Origin: Planctomycetota bacterium
GTDB lineage: Bacteria > Planctomycetota > B15-G4 > JADJEK01
Length of the DNA: 64,000 bases
Assembly: GCA_044225365.1 (NCBI GenBank)
Contig: JBGAIQ010000002.1
Location: 116,451 to 180,450 of the forward strand
Reading direction: 5' to 3'
A program made the translations under genes and the position numbers. Of this stretch, positions 49,636-59,884 are shown piece after piece. Positions within the stretch are counted from its first letter, which is position 1. The number at the start of each line of letters is the position of its first letter. Under the pieces are notes generated by a model, which saw only the letters and a program-made list of their open reading frames with translations, ran no database searches and had not been told where the DNA came from.

Positions 49636-50367
49636 ATGGTGACCTTTGCCCTGATCACGCTCCTCGTCACGTTCCTAGGCGGATGCCTGCCGCTCGTGAA
49701 GGACTGGAGCCATCGGCAACTCCACGCCGTACTCGCGCTCGCGACGGGCGTCTTCCTCGGCGCCGTATTCCTCCACTTACTCCCCGAGATCAGCGCGAAC
49801 GAGAGCGGCCAGCGGGCGATCTCGCCGCGCACCTTGTGGTTGCTGACGTTGGTCTCGACGCTCGCCGTGTACCTGCTCGAAGCGCTCGTCTTCCGGTCGC
49901 ACGACCACGACGAGGCGCACCGCCATCGGGCGGTCGGATACTCGGCGCTCGTCGGGCTCTCCGTCCATTCGTTCACCGAGGGCATTGCGTTCTGCGTGTT
50001 CGCAGCGGACGTGCGCAGCGCGACGCCGTTCTTCCTCTCGACCCTCGGCCACAAGCTGCTCGACGGCTTCTCGCTCGCGTCGGTGTTTCGACTCGGGGAC
50101 ATGGGCCGGAAACAGGTGATCTTCTGGATGATCGCGTTCGCATCGCTCACACCGGTCGGCATGCTGCTGGGAGAGCGACTCCTTCCCTGCCTCTCACCGA
50201 CGGCGTTTGCCGTCGTGTCGGCGCTCGCCGCCGGTACATTCCTGTTCGTGAGCCTCTGTGAACTGCTGCCGGAAGTCTTCCATCACCGCGAGGACAGCCT
50301 CGTCAAGGTCGGTCTTCTGCTGCTCGGTATCGGCTCCTTCATGGCCCTGCACGAGGTGAGCGGATGA
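49636..50367 (+). CDS. ZIP-family divalent metal transporter (ZupT-like)
   Basis: The ATG at 49636 begins a 243-aa product with 8 hydrophobic helices. A His-rich loop (HDHDEAHRH) is present. HSFTEGIA and HKLLDGF match ZIP metal-binding helices. Confidence 0.75.
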   Translation: MVTFALITLLVTFLGGCLPLVKDWSHRQLHAVLALATGVFLGAVFLHLLPEISANESGQRAISPRTLWLLTLVSTLAVYLLEALVFRSHDHDEAHRHRAVGYSALVGLSVHSFTEGIAFCVFAADVRSATPFFLSTLGHKLLDGFSLASVFRLGDMGRKQVIFWMIAFASLTPVGMLLGERLLPCLSPTAFAVVSALAAGTFLFVSLCELLPEVFHHREDSLVKVGLLLLGIGSFMALHEVSG

Positions 50368-52538
50368 TCCAGTTCTTCCAGGACTGGGGCAGCGCGGTGA
50401 TCTCGATGATCCTGGAAGCGGGACCTTTCCTGCTGCTCGGACTCTTCGTCGCCGGCCTGCTGAAGGCATTGCTGCCAGCCGCGGCGATCACGAAGCACCT
50501 CGGTGGGAACGACCTTCGCTCGGTCGCTCTCGCGACCCTGATCGGCGCGCCGCTGCCCCTCTGTTCGTGCTCGGTGATCCCGACGGCGGTCGAGCTCCGC
50601 AAGAAGGGCGCGAGCAAGGGCGCCACGACCGCATTCCTCATCTCCACGCCGGAGACGGGGGTCGACTCGATCGGTGTCACGTGGGCGCTGATCGATCCGC
50701 TGATGACGCTCGCGCGGCCACTCGCGGCGATCGTGACCGCGTTCGGTGCCGGCGCGATCGTGAACTTCCTCGAACGCCGCGGGTGGCTGAAGGACGTGTC
50801 GACGGATTCCGTGGCTCCGGCGTCGGATTGTTGCGACGACACGGCGAGCTGCGCGGCGCCCGTCCTCGACGAGCATGGCCACGGCGACGCCCACGGACAC
50901 GACCACGGTCACGACCATGAGCACGCGCGCGCGGAGACGGCTGCGCCGGCGCGGCGCTCGGTGCTCGGCGTGCTTCGCGAAGCCGTCGGCTATGGCCTCG
51001 GTCCGCTGCTCGAGGACCTGACCCCGTGGTTCGTCCTCGGATTCCTGCTCTCCGGACTCATCACGGTCCTCGTGCCGGAGAACTTCTTCGGCGACGTGAT
51101 CCCTCCGGGCCTTTGGGCGATGCTGCTGATGCTCGCTCTCTCGGTGCCGATGTACATCTGCGCGAGCGCGAGCACTCCGGTGGCGGCCGCGCTGATGGCG
51201 AAAGGGCTCGATCCGGGCGCCGCACTCGTCTTCATGCTGGCGGGCCCCGCCACGAACATCGCGACGATCCTCGTCGTCGGTCGCTTCCTCGGATGGCGCT
51301 CGCTCGCCGCCTATCTCGCTTCGATCGTCGCCGGATCGCTGCTGTTCGGGACGTTGCTCGATTTCGCCTACAAGGTCTTCTCGATCGATGTCACGATCCG
51401 GAGCCAGGCGACGGAATCGTCGCAGTTCTCGTACTTCACGATCGCGTGCGGTGTGGTGCTCGTGCTCGGCGTGCTCCGACACGCCTGGCGGACGTCGCTC
51501 CTCTTCACGTTCGAGAGCTGGCTCGCCCGGATCGGTCTCGTTCCTTCTCGAAGCTTCGCTCGCAGCCTCTTCGTCGGTGCGGTCGTCGTCGTTTGGGGCT
51601 CCACGAGCTACTCGGTCGTGCTCCCTGGGCAGACTGGATTCGTCCTGCGCTGGGGTCGCGTCGTGGATCGCCTGGAAGGTCCCGCGACCGTTTGGCACCT
51701 GCCGTATCCGATCAGCCGCTTCGAGGCCGTTTCGACCTCTTCGATCGAGCGCGGAAAGGTCGGCCTCGAGGAGGGGAGCGCCGCGCCGCCGCCGCTGTCG
51801 GCGACGGGGGAGTTCGAGCCGCAGACCGATGACGTCGAATGCGTGACGAGCGACGAGAAGCTGCTGATCGTCACCTACGCGATCCACTACCGGATCGTCG
51901 ACCCGTACGTCGCGCGCTTCCAGGTGCAGGACCTGAAGCGGGTCGTCGAGACCTGTGCGGCGTCGTCGCTCCGGCGCATGGTCGCGCATCATTCGATGGA
52001 TGAACATCTCGTCGATCGACGCGAGCCGCTCGAACTCGAAGCCAAGGGTTACCTCTCCGAGCAGCTCGAAAAGATCGGTTGCGGCGTCGAGGTCCTGGCG
52101 GTGACGTTCGAGTACATGCACGCTCCGCCGCAGGTGCACTATGCGTATCGCGACGTCGCGAGCTCGCTCGAGGACAAGGAGACGTCGATCAAGAACGGCG
52201 TCACTTACAAGCTCGAGCAGATGGCGCAGGCGCGCGCGGACGCCGAGCAGATCGAGCAGAAGGCGCTGGGTGATGGCGCACTCGCGCGTGCCGAGGCGAC
52301 TCGAGTCGTCGCGGGGTTCGAGGCTCTCGCGCCGCTCCATCAGCAGTACGGATCGACCTTCGCTTCGATGCTCGTGATCGAGTCGTGGAAGAAGTCGATC
52401 AAGAACCTGAACGGGGTCGTTCCGCTCGCGCCGAACGTGGCAGTGACGATCGTTCAAAAAGGCTCTGGCGCATCTGCCGCCGTGCAGAGCGATGGCGACG
52501 GCAAGGGGTCCGCGACGCCCTCCGGAAAGGACGACTGA
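50364..52538 (+). CDS. Fusion of a DUF318-type permease (SO_0444-like metal transporter with CSC and His-rich motifs) to a C-terminal SPFH/HflK domain
   Basis: There is an ATGA overlap with the ZIP gene. The N-terminal roughly 400 aa form a permease with LPLCSCSVIP, CCDD and the HGHGDAHGHDHGHDHEH loop. The C-terminal roughly 320 aa have a Band-7/HflK-like fold (VLPGQTGFVLRWGRVV...). Confidence 0.7.
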   Translation: MIQFFQDWGSAVISMILEAGPFLLLGLFVAGLLKALLPAAAITKHLGGNDLRSVALATLIGAPLPLCSCSVIPTAVELRKKGASKGATTAFLISTPETGVDSIGVTWALIDPLMTLARPLAAIVTAFGAGAIVNFLERRGWLKDVSTDSVAPASDCCDDTASCAAPVLDEHGHGDAHGHDHGHDHEHARAETAAPARRSVLGVLREAVGYGLGPLLEDLTPWFVLGFLLSGLITVLVPENFFGDVIPPGLWAMLLMLALSVPMYICASASTPVAAALMAKGLDPGAALVFMLAGPATNIATILVVGRFLGWRSLAAYLASIVAGSLLFGTLLDFAYKVFSIDVTIRSQATESSQFSYFTIACGVVLVLGVLRHAWRTSLLFTFESWLARIGLVPSRSFARSLFVGAVVVVWGSTSYSVVLPGQTGFVLRWGRVVDRLEGPATVWHLPYPISRFEAVSTSSIERGKVGLEEGSAAPPPLSATGEFEPQTDDVECVTSDEKLLIVTYAIHYRIVDPYVARFQVQDLKRVVETCAASSLRRMVAHHSMDEHLVDRREPLELEAKGYLSEQLEKIGCGVEVLAVTFEYMHAPPQVHYAYRDVASSLEDKETSIKNGVTYKLEQMAQARADAEQIEQKALGDGALARAEATRVVAGFEALAPLHQQYGSTFASMLVIESWKKSIKNLNGVVPLAPNVAVTIVQKGSGASAAVQSDGDGKGSATPSGKDD

Positions 52539-53440
52539 TGAAGAGATTCATGCAATGGATCGGCATCCTCGCCGCGATTACGGCGCTGCTCGCTGTTTCG
52601 ACCTTCCAGGTCGGCGAGGGCGAAGTGGCGATCGTGATGCGCTTCGGCGAGGTCCGACCCGAACCCGCGGGACCGGGGCTCCACTTCAAGCTCCCGACGC
52701 CGATCGACACGGTGATGCGCGTCGACACGCGAACCCACATCCTCGATCCCAAGTCCGAGGAGTACCTGACGAAGGACAAGAAGAACATCGTCGTCGACGC
52801 CTTCATGGCATGGCGCGTCTCGAACGTGCAGCAGTACGCGCTGACGTTCCGCTCGTCGCTCGAGGCCGAGACCCGGCTCAATGACGTGCTGCGTTCGGTG
52901 CTGAACGATGTTCTGCCGTCCCAGGAGTTCGCGGCTCTCATCTCTACGAAGGAGGGCGGGCCGTCGCTGAAAGACGTGAACGACGATCTCACGAAGCGCA
53001 CGCACGATCGTGCGATCGACCGTTTCGGTATCGACGTCAAACTCGCCGCGATCAAACGCATCAACTTCCCGGGTCAGAACAAGAATTCGGTGTACTCGCG
53101 GATGGAGGCGGATCGCAAGTCGCTCGCCCGCGGCTTCCGCTCGGAAGGCGAAGAGCAATACACGAAGATCCAATCGCAGACCGACCGCGAGGCCGCGGAG
53201 CTGCGTTCCGACGCGATGCGCAAAGCCGCGACGATCAAGGCGGAGACCGACGCCGAGGTGAAGCGCACTTACGCCGAGGCCGCGGCGAAGGACCCGGAGT
53301 TGTGGAATCTGCTCCAGCAGCTCGACCTCGGCGCAGCGGCCTTCGGCGACAAGACGACGATCGTGCTGCCGAGCGATTCGCCACTGCTCCTCCCGTTCGA
53401 AGCGCCCAAGGCGTCGAAACCCGGCAAGACGGGAGACTGA
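52538..53440 (+). CDS. hflC: HflC-like SPFH protein (FtsH protease modulator)
   Basis: There is an ATGA overlap with the previous gene. It has one N-terminal TM helix, then VGEGEVAIVMRFGEV...LHFKLP, which is typical of HflC, and a coiled-coil C-terminus. Confidence 0.75.
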   Translation: MKRFMQWIGILAAITALLAVSTFQVGEGEVAIVMRFGEVRPEPAGPGLHFKLPTPIDTVMRVDTRTHILDPKSEEYLTKDKKNIVVDAFMAWRVSNVQQYALTFRSSLEAETRLNDVLRSVLNDVLPSQEFAALISTKEGGPSLKDVNDDLTKRTHDRAIDRFGIDVKLAAIKRINFPGQNKNSVYSRMEADRKSLARGFRSEGEEQYTKIQSQTDREAAELRSDAMRKAATIKAETDAEVKRTYAEAAAKDPELWNLLQQLDLGAAAFGDKTTIVLPSDSPLLLPFEAPKASKPGKTGD

Positions 53441-53444
53441 GCCG

Positions 53445-54434
53445 ATGGCGGAGCAGAACGTGGTCGAAAGAACGAATACGGGCGCGGCCATCCTCCGAGG
53501 AGTGACGATGCTGTTCGCGCTGGCGTTCGGCTCCGCCGCGTTGTGGTCCTCGACCTATGTCGTGAAGCCGAACGAAGCCGGCGTGATCCTCGCGTTCGGC
53601 AAGGTCACGAGTGTCGCCCCGCCCGGCATGCACATGACGCTGCCGTGGCCGTTCGGCGACATGATCCGAGTGAACACGAGTTCCGTCGACCGCATCTCCG
53701 TCGGATTCAGGATCCTCGACCGCGAGAGGGGTCTGCAGCCGACCGAAGACATGGTGCAGTGGCTGACCGGCGACACCAACATCGTCGAGCTGCAGGCCGT
53801 CGTGCTCTACACGATCCAGGACCCGAGGAAGTTCCTGTTCGAGATCAGCGATTCCGGCGAAGAGGGGTGGCTGCCGCTTCCCGAGCCGCAGCGCACCGTC
53901 GTGCGTCGCGCGGCCGACGCGGTGCTCACTCGTCGCATCGCGAGGATGTCGATCGACGAACTGCTCCTCGAAGGCAAGGTGGAGCTGCAGACCTCCGCGG
54001 TCGACGAGATCCAGTCGATGCTCGACATGCTCGACGCCGGCATCCACGTCTCCGCGGTGCAGATCCAATCCGTCGCTCCGCCGAAGATCGTGATCGAGAC
54101 GTTCAACGACGTGCAGAGCGCTCGCTCCGATCGCGAGCGCCGCATCTCCGAGGCCGACGGCTACAAGCTCGACACGATCCCGAAAGCGCGCGGCATCGCG
54201 AACTCGCTCGAGCAGGAAGCCGAGACCTATCGCACCGAGCAACTGAATCGCGCGAAGGGCGTGCTCGCGAACTTCGACAAGCTGCGCGACGAGGTGAGCC
54301 GCAATCGCGACGTCGTCATGCGCCAGCTCTGGATCGACACGATGCAGAAGATCCTGAAGAAGGCGCGGATCATCCAGGTGCCCGCGGGCGCGCCGCAATC
54401 GCCGGCACAGCGCCTGTTCATCGAGGCGTCCTGA
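53445..54434 (+). CDS. hflK: HflK-like SPFH protein
   Basis: It has one TM helix, then VVKPNEAGVILAFGKV..PG.H...PWP, the HflK-type N-terminus of the SPFH domain. Confidence 0.7.
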   Translation: MAEQNVVERTNTGAAILRGVTMLFALAFGSAALWSSTYVVKPNEAGVILAFGKVTSVAPPGMHMTLPWPFGDMIRVNTSSVDRISVGFRILDRERGLQPTEDMVQWLTGDTNIVELQAVVLYTIQDPRKFLFEISDSGEEGWLPLPEPQRTVVRRAADAVLTRRIARMSIDELLLEGKVELQTSAVDEIQSMLDMLDAGIHVSAVQIQSVAPPKIVIETFNDVQSARSDRERRISEADGYKLDTIPKARGIANSLEQEAETYRTEQLNRAKGVLANFDKLRDEVSRNRDVVMRQLWIDTMQKILKKARIIQVPAGAPQSPAQRLFIEAS

Positions 54435-54441
54435 TCCTGCT

Positions 54442-54816
54442 CTACGGCGTCCGCGTCTTGCGTGGCAGAAGGACGAAGTGCCAGAGTCCGAACGCCACGT
54501 CGACCGCTCCGAACAGGTAGAAGAACGGCGCGACCTCGCCGAGCGCGGCGCTCCCGATCACGTAAGCGCCGCCGAGCAGCCGCAGGAAGATCGCTCCGCC
54601 GACGACGCGCAGGTGACGTTCGAGATCGAGCGCGGGCAATGCGTAGAAGACCGAGAGGCCGATCAGGAAGATGCCCTGCATCCGCGCGTAGAACGGTTCG
54701 CTCGGGAACGGGATCGGCAACACGTGCGACAGGGGTCGCAAGGCGAACACGATCGAGAGACCGAGGAGCGCGTCGTAGATCGCGCCGACGAGCATCGAGA
54801 AACCAAGCTTGGTCAT
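54442..54816 (-). CDS. Small hydrophobic membrane protein (hypothetical)
   Basis: The 124-aa product has about 4 TM helices and a GC-rich third codon position. Confidence 0.45.
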   Translation of the reverse strand: MTKLGFSMLVGAIYDALLGLSIVFALRPLSHVLPIPFPSEPFYARMQGIFLIGLSVFYALPALDLERHLRVVGGAIFLRLLGGAYVIGSAALGEVAPFFYLFGAVDVAFGLWHFVLLPRKTRTP

Positions 54817-54928
54817 GCCGAATCTCAGGGACGGTTCATGATCGAGTCGAAGCCGCGGTCGCGCCGGGATTGAGCGCTCGGCACGAACAAGTTACCCTGG
54901 TCCCTTCGTTTCTGCTCGGGAGCAAAGC

Positions 54929-55864
54929 ATGTCGGACGCGCGCAACGTGATCATCATCGGTTCGGGTCCCGCGGGCTACACGGCGGGGATCTACGCCGCT
55001 CGCGCCAATTTGAAGCCGCTGATGTTCGAAGGCATCCAGGCCGGCGGGCAGCTCATGATCACGAACGACGTGGAGAACTACCCGGGGTTCCCCGAGGGCA
55101 TCAAGGGCCCCGAGTTGATGGACCTGTTCAAGAAACAGGCCGTTCGATTCGGCACCGAGACGATGACGCAGAACGTCGAGGTCGTCGACTTCAGCAAGCG
55201 ACCGTTCAAGGTGACGTCCGAGGGCAAGGACTACTTCGGCCACACGATCATCGTGGCGACCGGAGCGACGGCGAAGCTCATCGGTCTCGAATCCGAACGC
55301 CAGCTCATGGGCTCGGGCGTATCCGCGTGCGCGACGTGCGATGGCTTCTTCTTCAAGAACAAGGATGTCTGCATCGTCGGCGGTGGCGATACCGCGATGG
55401 AGGAAGCGACGTTCCTCACCCGCTACGCGAGCAAGGTGCACGTCATCCATCGGCGCGACACATTGCGCGCCTCGAAGATCATGCAGCAGCGCGCGAAGGA
55501 CAACCCCAAGATCGACTTCATCTGGGACACCGAAGTGATCGAAGTCCTCGATCCCAAGAAGAAGCAGATCGAGGCGCTGCGCCTCAAGAACCTCAAGACC
55601 GGCGTCGAGACCGTGCGTCCGACGCAGGGCTTGTTCGTCGCGATCGGTCACCAGCCGAACACCGAGATCTTCAAGGGTCAGCTCGAGCTCAACGACGTCG
55701 GATACGTGATCGTGAAGAAGGGAACGATGACGAGCAAGGACGGCATCTTCGCCGCGGGCGACGTCGCCGACCCCGTGTGGCGCCAGGCCGTCACGGCCGC
55801 GGGCACGGGCTGCGCTGCCGCGATCGACGCGGAGCGTTGGCTCGAGGCGCACGGCAGCCACTAG
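54929..55864 (+). CDS. trxB: Thioredoxin-disulfide reductase
   Basis: Signatures present are GSGPAGYTA (FAD), CATCDG (redox-active CxxC) and GGGDTAME (NADPH). Confidence 0.9.
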   Translation: MSDARNVIIIGSGPAGYTAGIYAARANLKPLMFEGIQAGGQLMITNDVENYPGFPEGIKGPELMDLFKKQAVRFGTETMTQNVEVVDFSKRPFKVTSEGKDYFGHTIIVATGATAKLIGLESERQLMGSGVSACATCDGFFFKNKDVCIVGGGDTAMEEATFLTRYASKVHVIHRRDTLRASKIMQQRAKDNPKIDFIWDTEVIEVLDPKKKQIEALRLKNLKTGVETVRPTQGLFVAIGHQPNTEIFKGQLELNDVGYVIVKKGTMTSKDGIFAAGDVADPVWRQAVTAAGTGCAAAIDAERWLEAHGSH

Positions 55865-57012
55865 TCGTTCGGCGTTCGCGCGAGGCGTAGTGCTTTCTTG
55901 CCGAGGGCGGAGAAGCCGAGGCCGTCGAGCGCGAAGGCCTCGACGAAGACGATTCCTTCTGGATCGGGTTCGGCGGCGATCCGACGGTCGGGTTCGTTCA
56001 CCGTGGCCGTGGAACCTCGCGAAGGCTTCGTCCGGCGTCGAAGCCGCGCGCGAAAGACCTCGATCGCGATCTGGTGATGCGTAATCGCGTGCTTCGCCGC
56101 ACCAAGCCGTTCGAAGTCCACGACGACGAGACCGAGACGTTGCGCGAGGTTCGACAGCGCGACGGTCGCATCGCTGTCTTCAGCGAGCTCGACCGCGGGA
56201 AGATCGTGGAGGCCGGCCATCCGCGTTCCCGGCGCCCGGCGTACCACCGCGATGCGGGAATCGTCGACGATCACGCATGATGCGAGTCGCACCGGGATCG
56301 TCGCGCGCCGTTTCTTCGGCAACGGAAAGCGCTCGACGACGCGGTGCTCGAACGCTTGGCACTCCTTCGCGACGGGGCAAGAACCACAGCGCGGAGTGGC
56401 CGGCGTGCACACGACGGCTCCGAGCTCCATCAGCGCCTGATTGAAATCCCCCGGAGCCATCGCAGGAACGAGCGCGTCGGCGATTCGCCACAGCGCCTGC
56501 TCCGTGTCCTTCGAGCGCAGATCCCCGCCGATGCGGAAGAGCCGCGAGAGGACGCGCGCGACGTTGCCGTCGACGAGCGGCGTGCGTTCGGAGAAGGCGA
56601 TGCTCGCGACGGCGCCCGCGGTGTAGCGGCCGATCCCTGGTAGTTCGCGCAGCGCCTGCGCCGTTCTTGGGAAGTTCCCTCCGTGCTCGTTCACGACGGC
56701 CTCCGCCGCGGCCTTGAGGAATCGCGCTCGGCGGTAGTAGCCGAGTCCGGCCCAGTGGGCGAGGACGTCGTCCGCGGCGGCGGCGGCGAGTGCTTGCGGA
56801 GTGGGGAAGCGTTGGACGAAGCGTTCGAAGTACGGGATCACCGTCTCGACGCGCGTCTGCTGCAGCATCACCTCGGACACGAGGATTCGATAGGGGTCCT
56901 TCGTCCGGCGCCACGGCAGATCACGGCGCTCCTTCGCGAACCACGCGAGCAGCGCGTGGCGGATGCGAGCGAGGGTTGCGGCGGGAGGGGTGGATTCGGG
57001 AACGGGAGACAT
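55861..57012 (-). CDS. mutY: A/G-specific adenine DNA glycosylase
   Basis: There is a helix-hairpin-helix/GPD block (LPGIGRYTAGAVASIAF), an Fe-S cluster loop C-x6-C-x2-C-x5-C (CTPATPRCGSCPVAKEC) and a C-terminal NUDIX-like domain. Confidence 0.85.
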   Translation of the reverse strand: MSPVPESTPPAATLARIRHALLAWFAKERRDLPWRRTKDPYRILVSEVMLQQTRVETVIPYFERFVQRFPTPQALAAAAADDVLAHWAGLGYYRRARFLKAAAEAVVNEHGGNFPRTAQALRELPGIGRYTAGAVASIAFSERTPLVDGNVARVLSRLFRIGGDLRSKDTEQALWRIADALVPAMAPGDFNQALMELGAVVCTPATPRCGSCPVAKECQAFEHRVVERFPLPKKRRATIPVRLASCVIVDDSRIAVVRRAPGTRMAGLHDLPAVELAEDSDATVALSNLAQRLGLVVVDFERLGAAKHAITHHQIAIEVFRARLRRRTKPSRGSTATVNEPDRRIAAEPDPEGIVFVEAFALDGLGFSALGKKALRLARTPND

Positions 57013-57610
57013 CGCCGCAGACTACGCGAAACGCGTACAGTACGGCAGTAGAGGCCCGCGCCGGCGATGGATTGCCAACGGGACTTGGGGCGTCAGTGAT
57101 CCGAGAGCGCGGTGGCGGCGTTCGCCGTCCGTTCGGCGCGGCACATCGAGAACACGAAGGCCCCGACGAAGAGCAGGGCGAGTGCGAGTGCGATCGTCAT
57201 CACCCAGGAATGGTGCTGCAGATGCACCGGCCAGTTCTCGGGTACGCGAGGAGGGAGCTCATCTCCGACGGCACGATCCTGGGGGGAATGGGGGTCGTCT
57301 ATGGCTGGTGGATCACCGTGCCGCCGGAGCTGAGTCAATTCATGATTCGACATTGCCAGGCCGCCGTGGGAATCGGGGGAACCTGAATGCTCGGATCACA
57401 CCCGCCGAAGGTGAAATCCTCGATGAACACAGATCAGAGATACGTGAAAGGCTTCTTCTTCGAGAGTCGCGCCAGCGCGCGTCACCGAATGTCGACTTTG
57501 AGGCGTCATTGTACCGCAATGTTCCATCGCTTTGAAGTGAATCTGACGCCTCGGCCGCCGACGCAACGACCGTCCCGAGTGTTCCATGCAAATCGATGAA
57601 CGGCCAGTAA

Positions 57611-57638
57611 TGGACCCGGGGGCCTGCAGTCCTATAAT
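57611..57638 (+). promoter_or_regulatory. Possible sigma-70-like promoter (TGGACC-N16-TATAAT) about 90 bp upstream of lptF
   Basis: TATAAT lies at 57633-57638. A weak -35-like hexamer sits 16 nt upstream. Confidence 0.25.
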
Positions 57639-57727
57639 CTCACGTTTTTGGTCGGGTCCCTTGGAGATGTGCGTGCACTACGCCCTTGGGCGACTTCTGG
57701 ATTTCCTCGAACCCCTGGGGTGAAGCG

Positions 57728-58822
57728 ATGCCGATCTTCCACCGCCAGATCTTGAAGGAACTCTTCATCAATGCCTTGATCACGTTCAGCGTGATCACCG
57801 GCATCTTCATCATCGCGGGTTCGCTCTCCGTCCTGCACAAGTCGAATCTGCTGACGTTCTCTGTGTTCCTGCGCGGCGTGTACTTCTTCGTCGGGACGAA
57901 CCTCGACAAGATCCTGCCGATGACCGTGCTCGTGGCGACCGTCGTCTCGTTCGGGCGGCTGTCGGCCGACAACGAGCTCAACGCCATCCGCCACTGCGGC
58001 ATCAGCCTCTACAACATCTTCGCCCCGGGCCTCATGTTCGGGCTGCTCATGTCGGGAATCGTGCTCTACGTCAACGATCGCATCGCGCCCGCGATGGAGT
58101 TGAACAGCAAGTCGATGCTCGAGAAGAGCATGTCGGAGACGATCGAGGCCGCCCTCGAACAGGGAACGGGACGGATCCCGATCTCCGACAAGATCTGCCT
58201 GCTCTTCGATGCCGCGGATCCGGCGGCGCACGAGTTCGAGCACATTCGCCTGAAGTTCTACGGCGAGGCGACGGACGACAAGCCGGCCACCATCAAGAAC
58301 GAGATCGTCGCGCAGCGAGGCAAGCTCGCGGTCGATGCGGAGAACAGTCTGCTCCTGCTCACGCTCGTCGGGATCGAAAGCCTCTCCGGGAGTTCGGCCG
58401 GTGCGACGTTCGGCAGCGTGCAGAACTTCTCGTGGCCCTTGCCCGACGAGGCGATCAACAAGCGCCCGCGCCACCAGACCCTCGCCGAGTTGATCGCTGC
58501 CACGAGTCGGAAGGCCTATCGTGGAGATCCTCGTGCGCGCGAGATCCGCGGTGAGTACCATCGGCGCATCTCGGGTTCTCTCGCCTGCGTTCTGTTCGCG
58601 CTCCTCGGTATGCCCCTCGCCATCATCTTCCGTCACGGCAATCGAATGGTCGCGTTCTTGATCGCCTTCCTCATCGCGATCGCGGTCTACTATCCGACAT
58701 TCATCCTGGGTGAACTCCTCTCGAAGTCGACGGACATCAATCCCATTCTCGCCATGTGGTCGGGTTCGATCGTGCTGCTCGTTCTCGGCAGCTCGCTCAC
58801 GACCGTCGTACTTCGGAGGTAG
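57728..58822 (+). CDS. lptF: LptF/LptG-family (YjgP/YjgQ) LPS export permease
   Basis: The ATG at 57728 begins MPIFHRQILKELF. It has the 6-TM topology with a large periplasmic loop characteristic of the family. Confidence 0.75.
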   Translation: MPIFHRQILKELFINALITFSVITGIFIIAGSLSVLHKSNLLTFSVFLRGVYFFVGTNLDKILPMTVLVATVVSFGRLSADNELNAIRHCGISLYNIFAPGLMFGLLMSGIVLYVNDRIAPAMELNSKSMLEKSMSETIEAALEQGTGRIPISDKICLLFDAADPAAHEFEHIRLKFYGEATDDKPATIKNEIVAQRGKLAVDAENSLLLLTLVGIESLSGSSAGATFGSVQNFSWPLPDEAINKRPRHQTLAELIAATSRKAYRGDPRAREIRGEYHRRISGSLACVLFALLGMPLAIIFRHGNRMVAFLIAFLIAIAVYYPTFILGELLSKSTDINPILAMWSGSIVLLVLGSSLTTVVLRR

Positions 58823-58828
58823 TCGCTA

Positions 58829-59884
58829 GTGGGGAAACTCGACCGTTACGTCGCCAGCCACTTCCTGTCGTCGTACGGGGTGTGCCTTCTCTTCTTCCTC
58901 GGGATGTTCGTGCTGATCGATCTGTTCAGCAAGAGTGACGACCTGTTCGAGAACGCGCGAGAGATCGCGAAGATGGGCCACTCGATGGGCCCGCTCGTGC
59001 TCAAGTTCTACGCGCTGATGCTCCCCTTCATCTTCCTGCAGGTCGCGCCCTTCGTCACGGTGATGGCGGCGATCTTCGCCATCACTCGATTGCGTCGAAC
59101 CAACGAGATGATCCCGATGGTCGTGGCGGGGCGCTCGCTGTATCGCGTGCTGTTGCCGATCTTCTGCTTCTCGATCGTGCTCGCGGTGGGAATGGGATTG
59201 ATCCAGCAGTACATCGCGCCGGGCCTCGCCGATCAGCGCGAGAAGCTGAAGGATCTGTTGTTCAAGGCGAAGACCGAGCGGATCGTGAACGGCGAGTTCA
59301 AGGTCGGTCCCGCGGAGTGGATCTCGGTCCGCGGCTACGACGTCGACAAGCGCACGATGTCCTACTTCGACTTCACGAACATCCGTTCGGCGGAGGCGTC
59401 GACGGTGGGTCACAATGCGACATGGGACTCCTCTCGCCAGCGGTTCGTGTATCACGTCGAAGTGCCCGATGCCTCGGGCAAGCTCGTCAAGCAGGAGCGC
59501 ATGCTGTCGGCGGCGCTCGATCCGTCGATCCTCGAATCCCAGGATCGCGGTCCCTACGACCTGTCGTTCTCGCAGGCGCAGTACCTGTTCGAGAAGACGG
59601 AGCAGGCGCGCTGGAAGGTGCTGCTGCACTATCACATCACGTTCCCACTCTCGAACCTGCTGTTGTTGCTGCTCGCGTTGCCGTTCGTCTTGAAGCCGGG
59701 CGCTCGCTCGCTGCTGCTCGGAATGGTGATCGCGATCCTGATCTGCGGCGCCTACTTCGCGTTCGACGCGACGATGCGCAACATGGGCGAGAAGGGGAAC
59801 CTCCACCCGGTTCTCGCGGCGTGGTTCGGGGTGATCTTCTTCGGCTCCCTCGGCGTCGTCCTCGCGGATGGCGTGAAGACCTGA
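58829..59884 (+). CDS. lptG: LptF/LptG-family (YjgP/YjgQ) LPS export permease
   Basis: The GTG start begins MGKLDRYVASHFLSSY. It has the same family architecture as the preceding gene and sits in tandem with it. Confidence 0.75.
   Translation: MGKLDRYVASHFLSSYGVCLLFFLGMFVLIDLFSKSDDLFENAREIAKMGHSMGPLVLKFYALMLPFIFLQVAPFVTVMAAIFAITRLRRTNEMIPMVVAGRSLYRVLLPIFCFSIVLAVGMGLIQQYIAPGLADQREKLKDLLFKAKTERIVNGEFKVGPAEWISVRGYDVDKRTMSYFDFTNIRSAEASTVGHNATWDSSRQRFVYHVEVPDASGKLVKQERMLSAALDPSILESQDRGPYDLSFSQAQYLFEKTEQARWKVLLHYHITFPLSNLLLLLLALPFVLKPGARSLLLGMVIAILICGAYFAFDATMRNMGEKGNLHPVLAAWFGVIFFGSLGVVLADGVKT

Noticed and set aside
50283-52457. 724-aa minus-strand ORF opposite the permease::HflK gene
   Set aside because: It is an antisense artefact. 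The plus-strand frame has coherent permease and SPFH domains.
57093-57353. 86-aa minus-strand ORF in the mutY-lptF intergenic region
   Set aside because: It has no SD and weak codon bias. Only a short hydrophobic stretch is present. It is more likely non-coding promoter/leader DNA.
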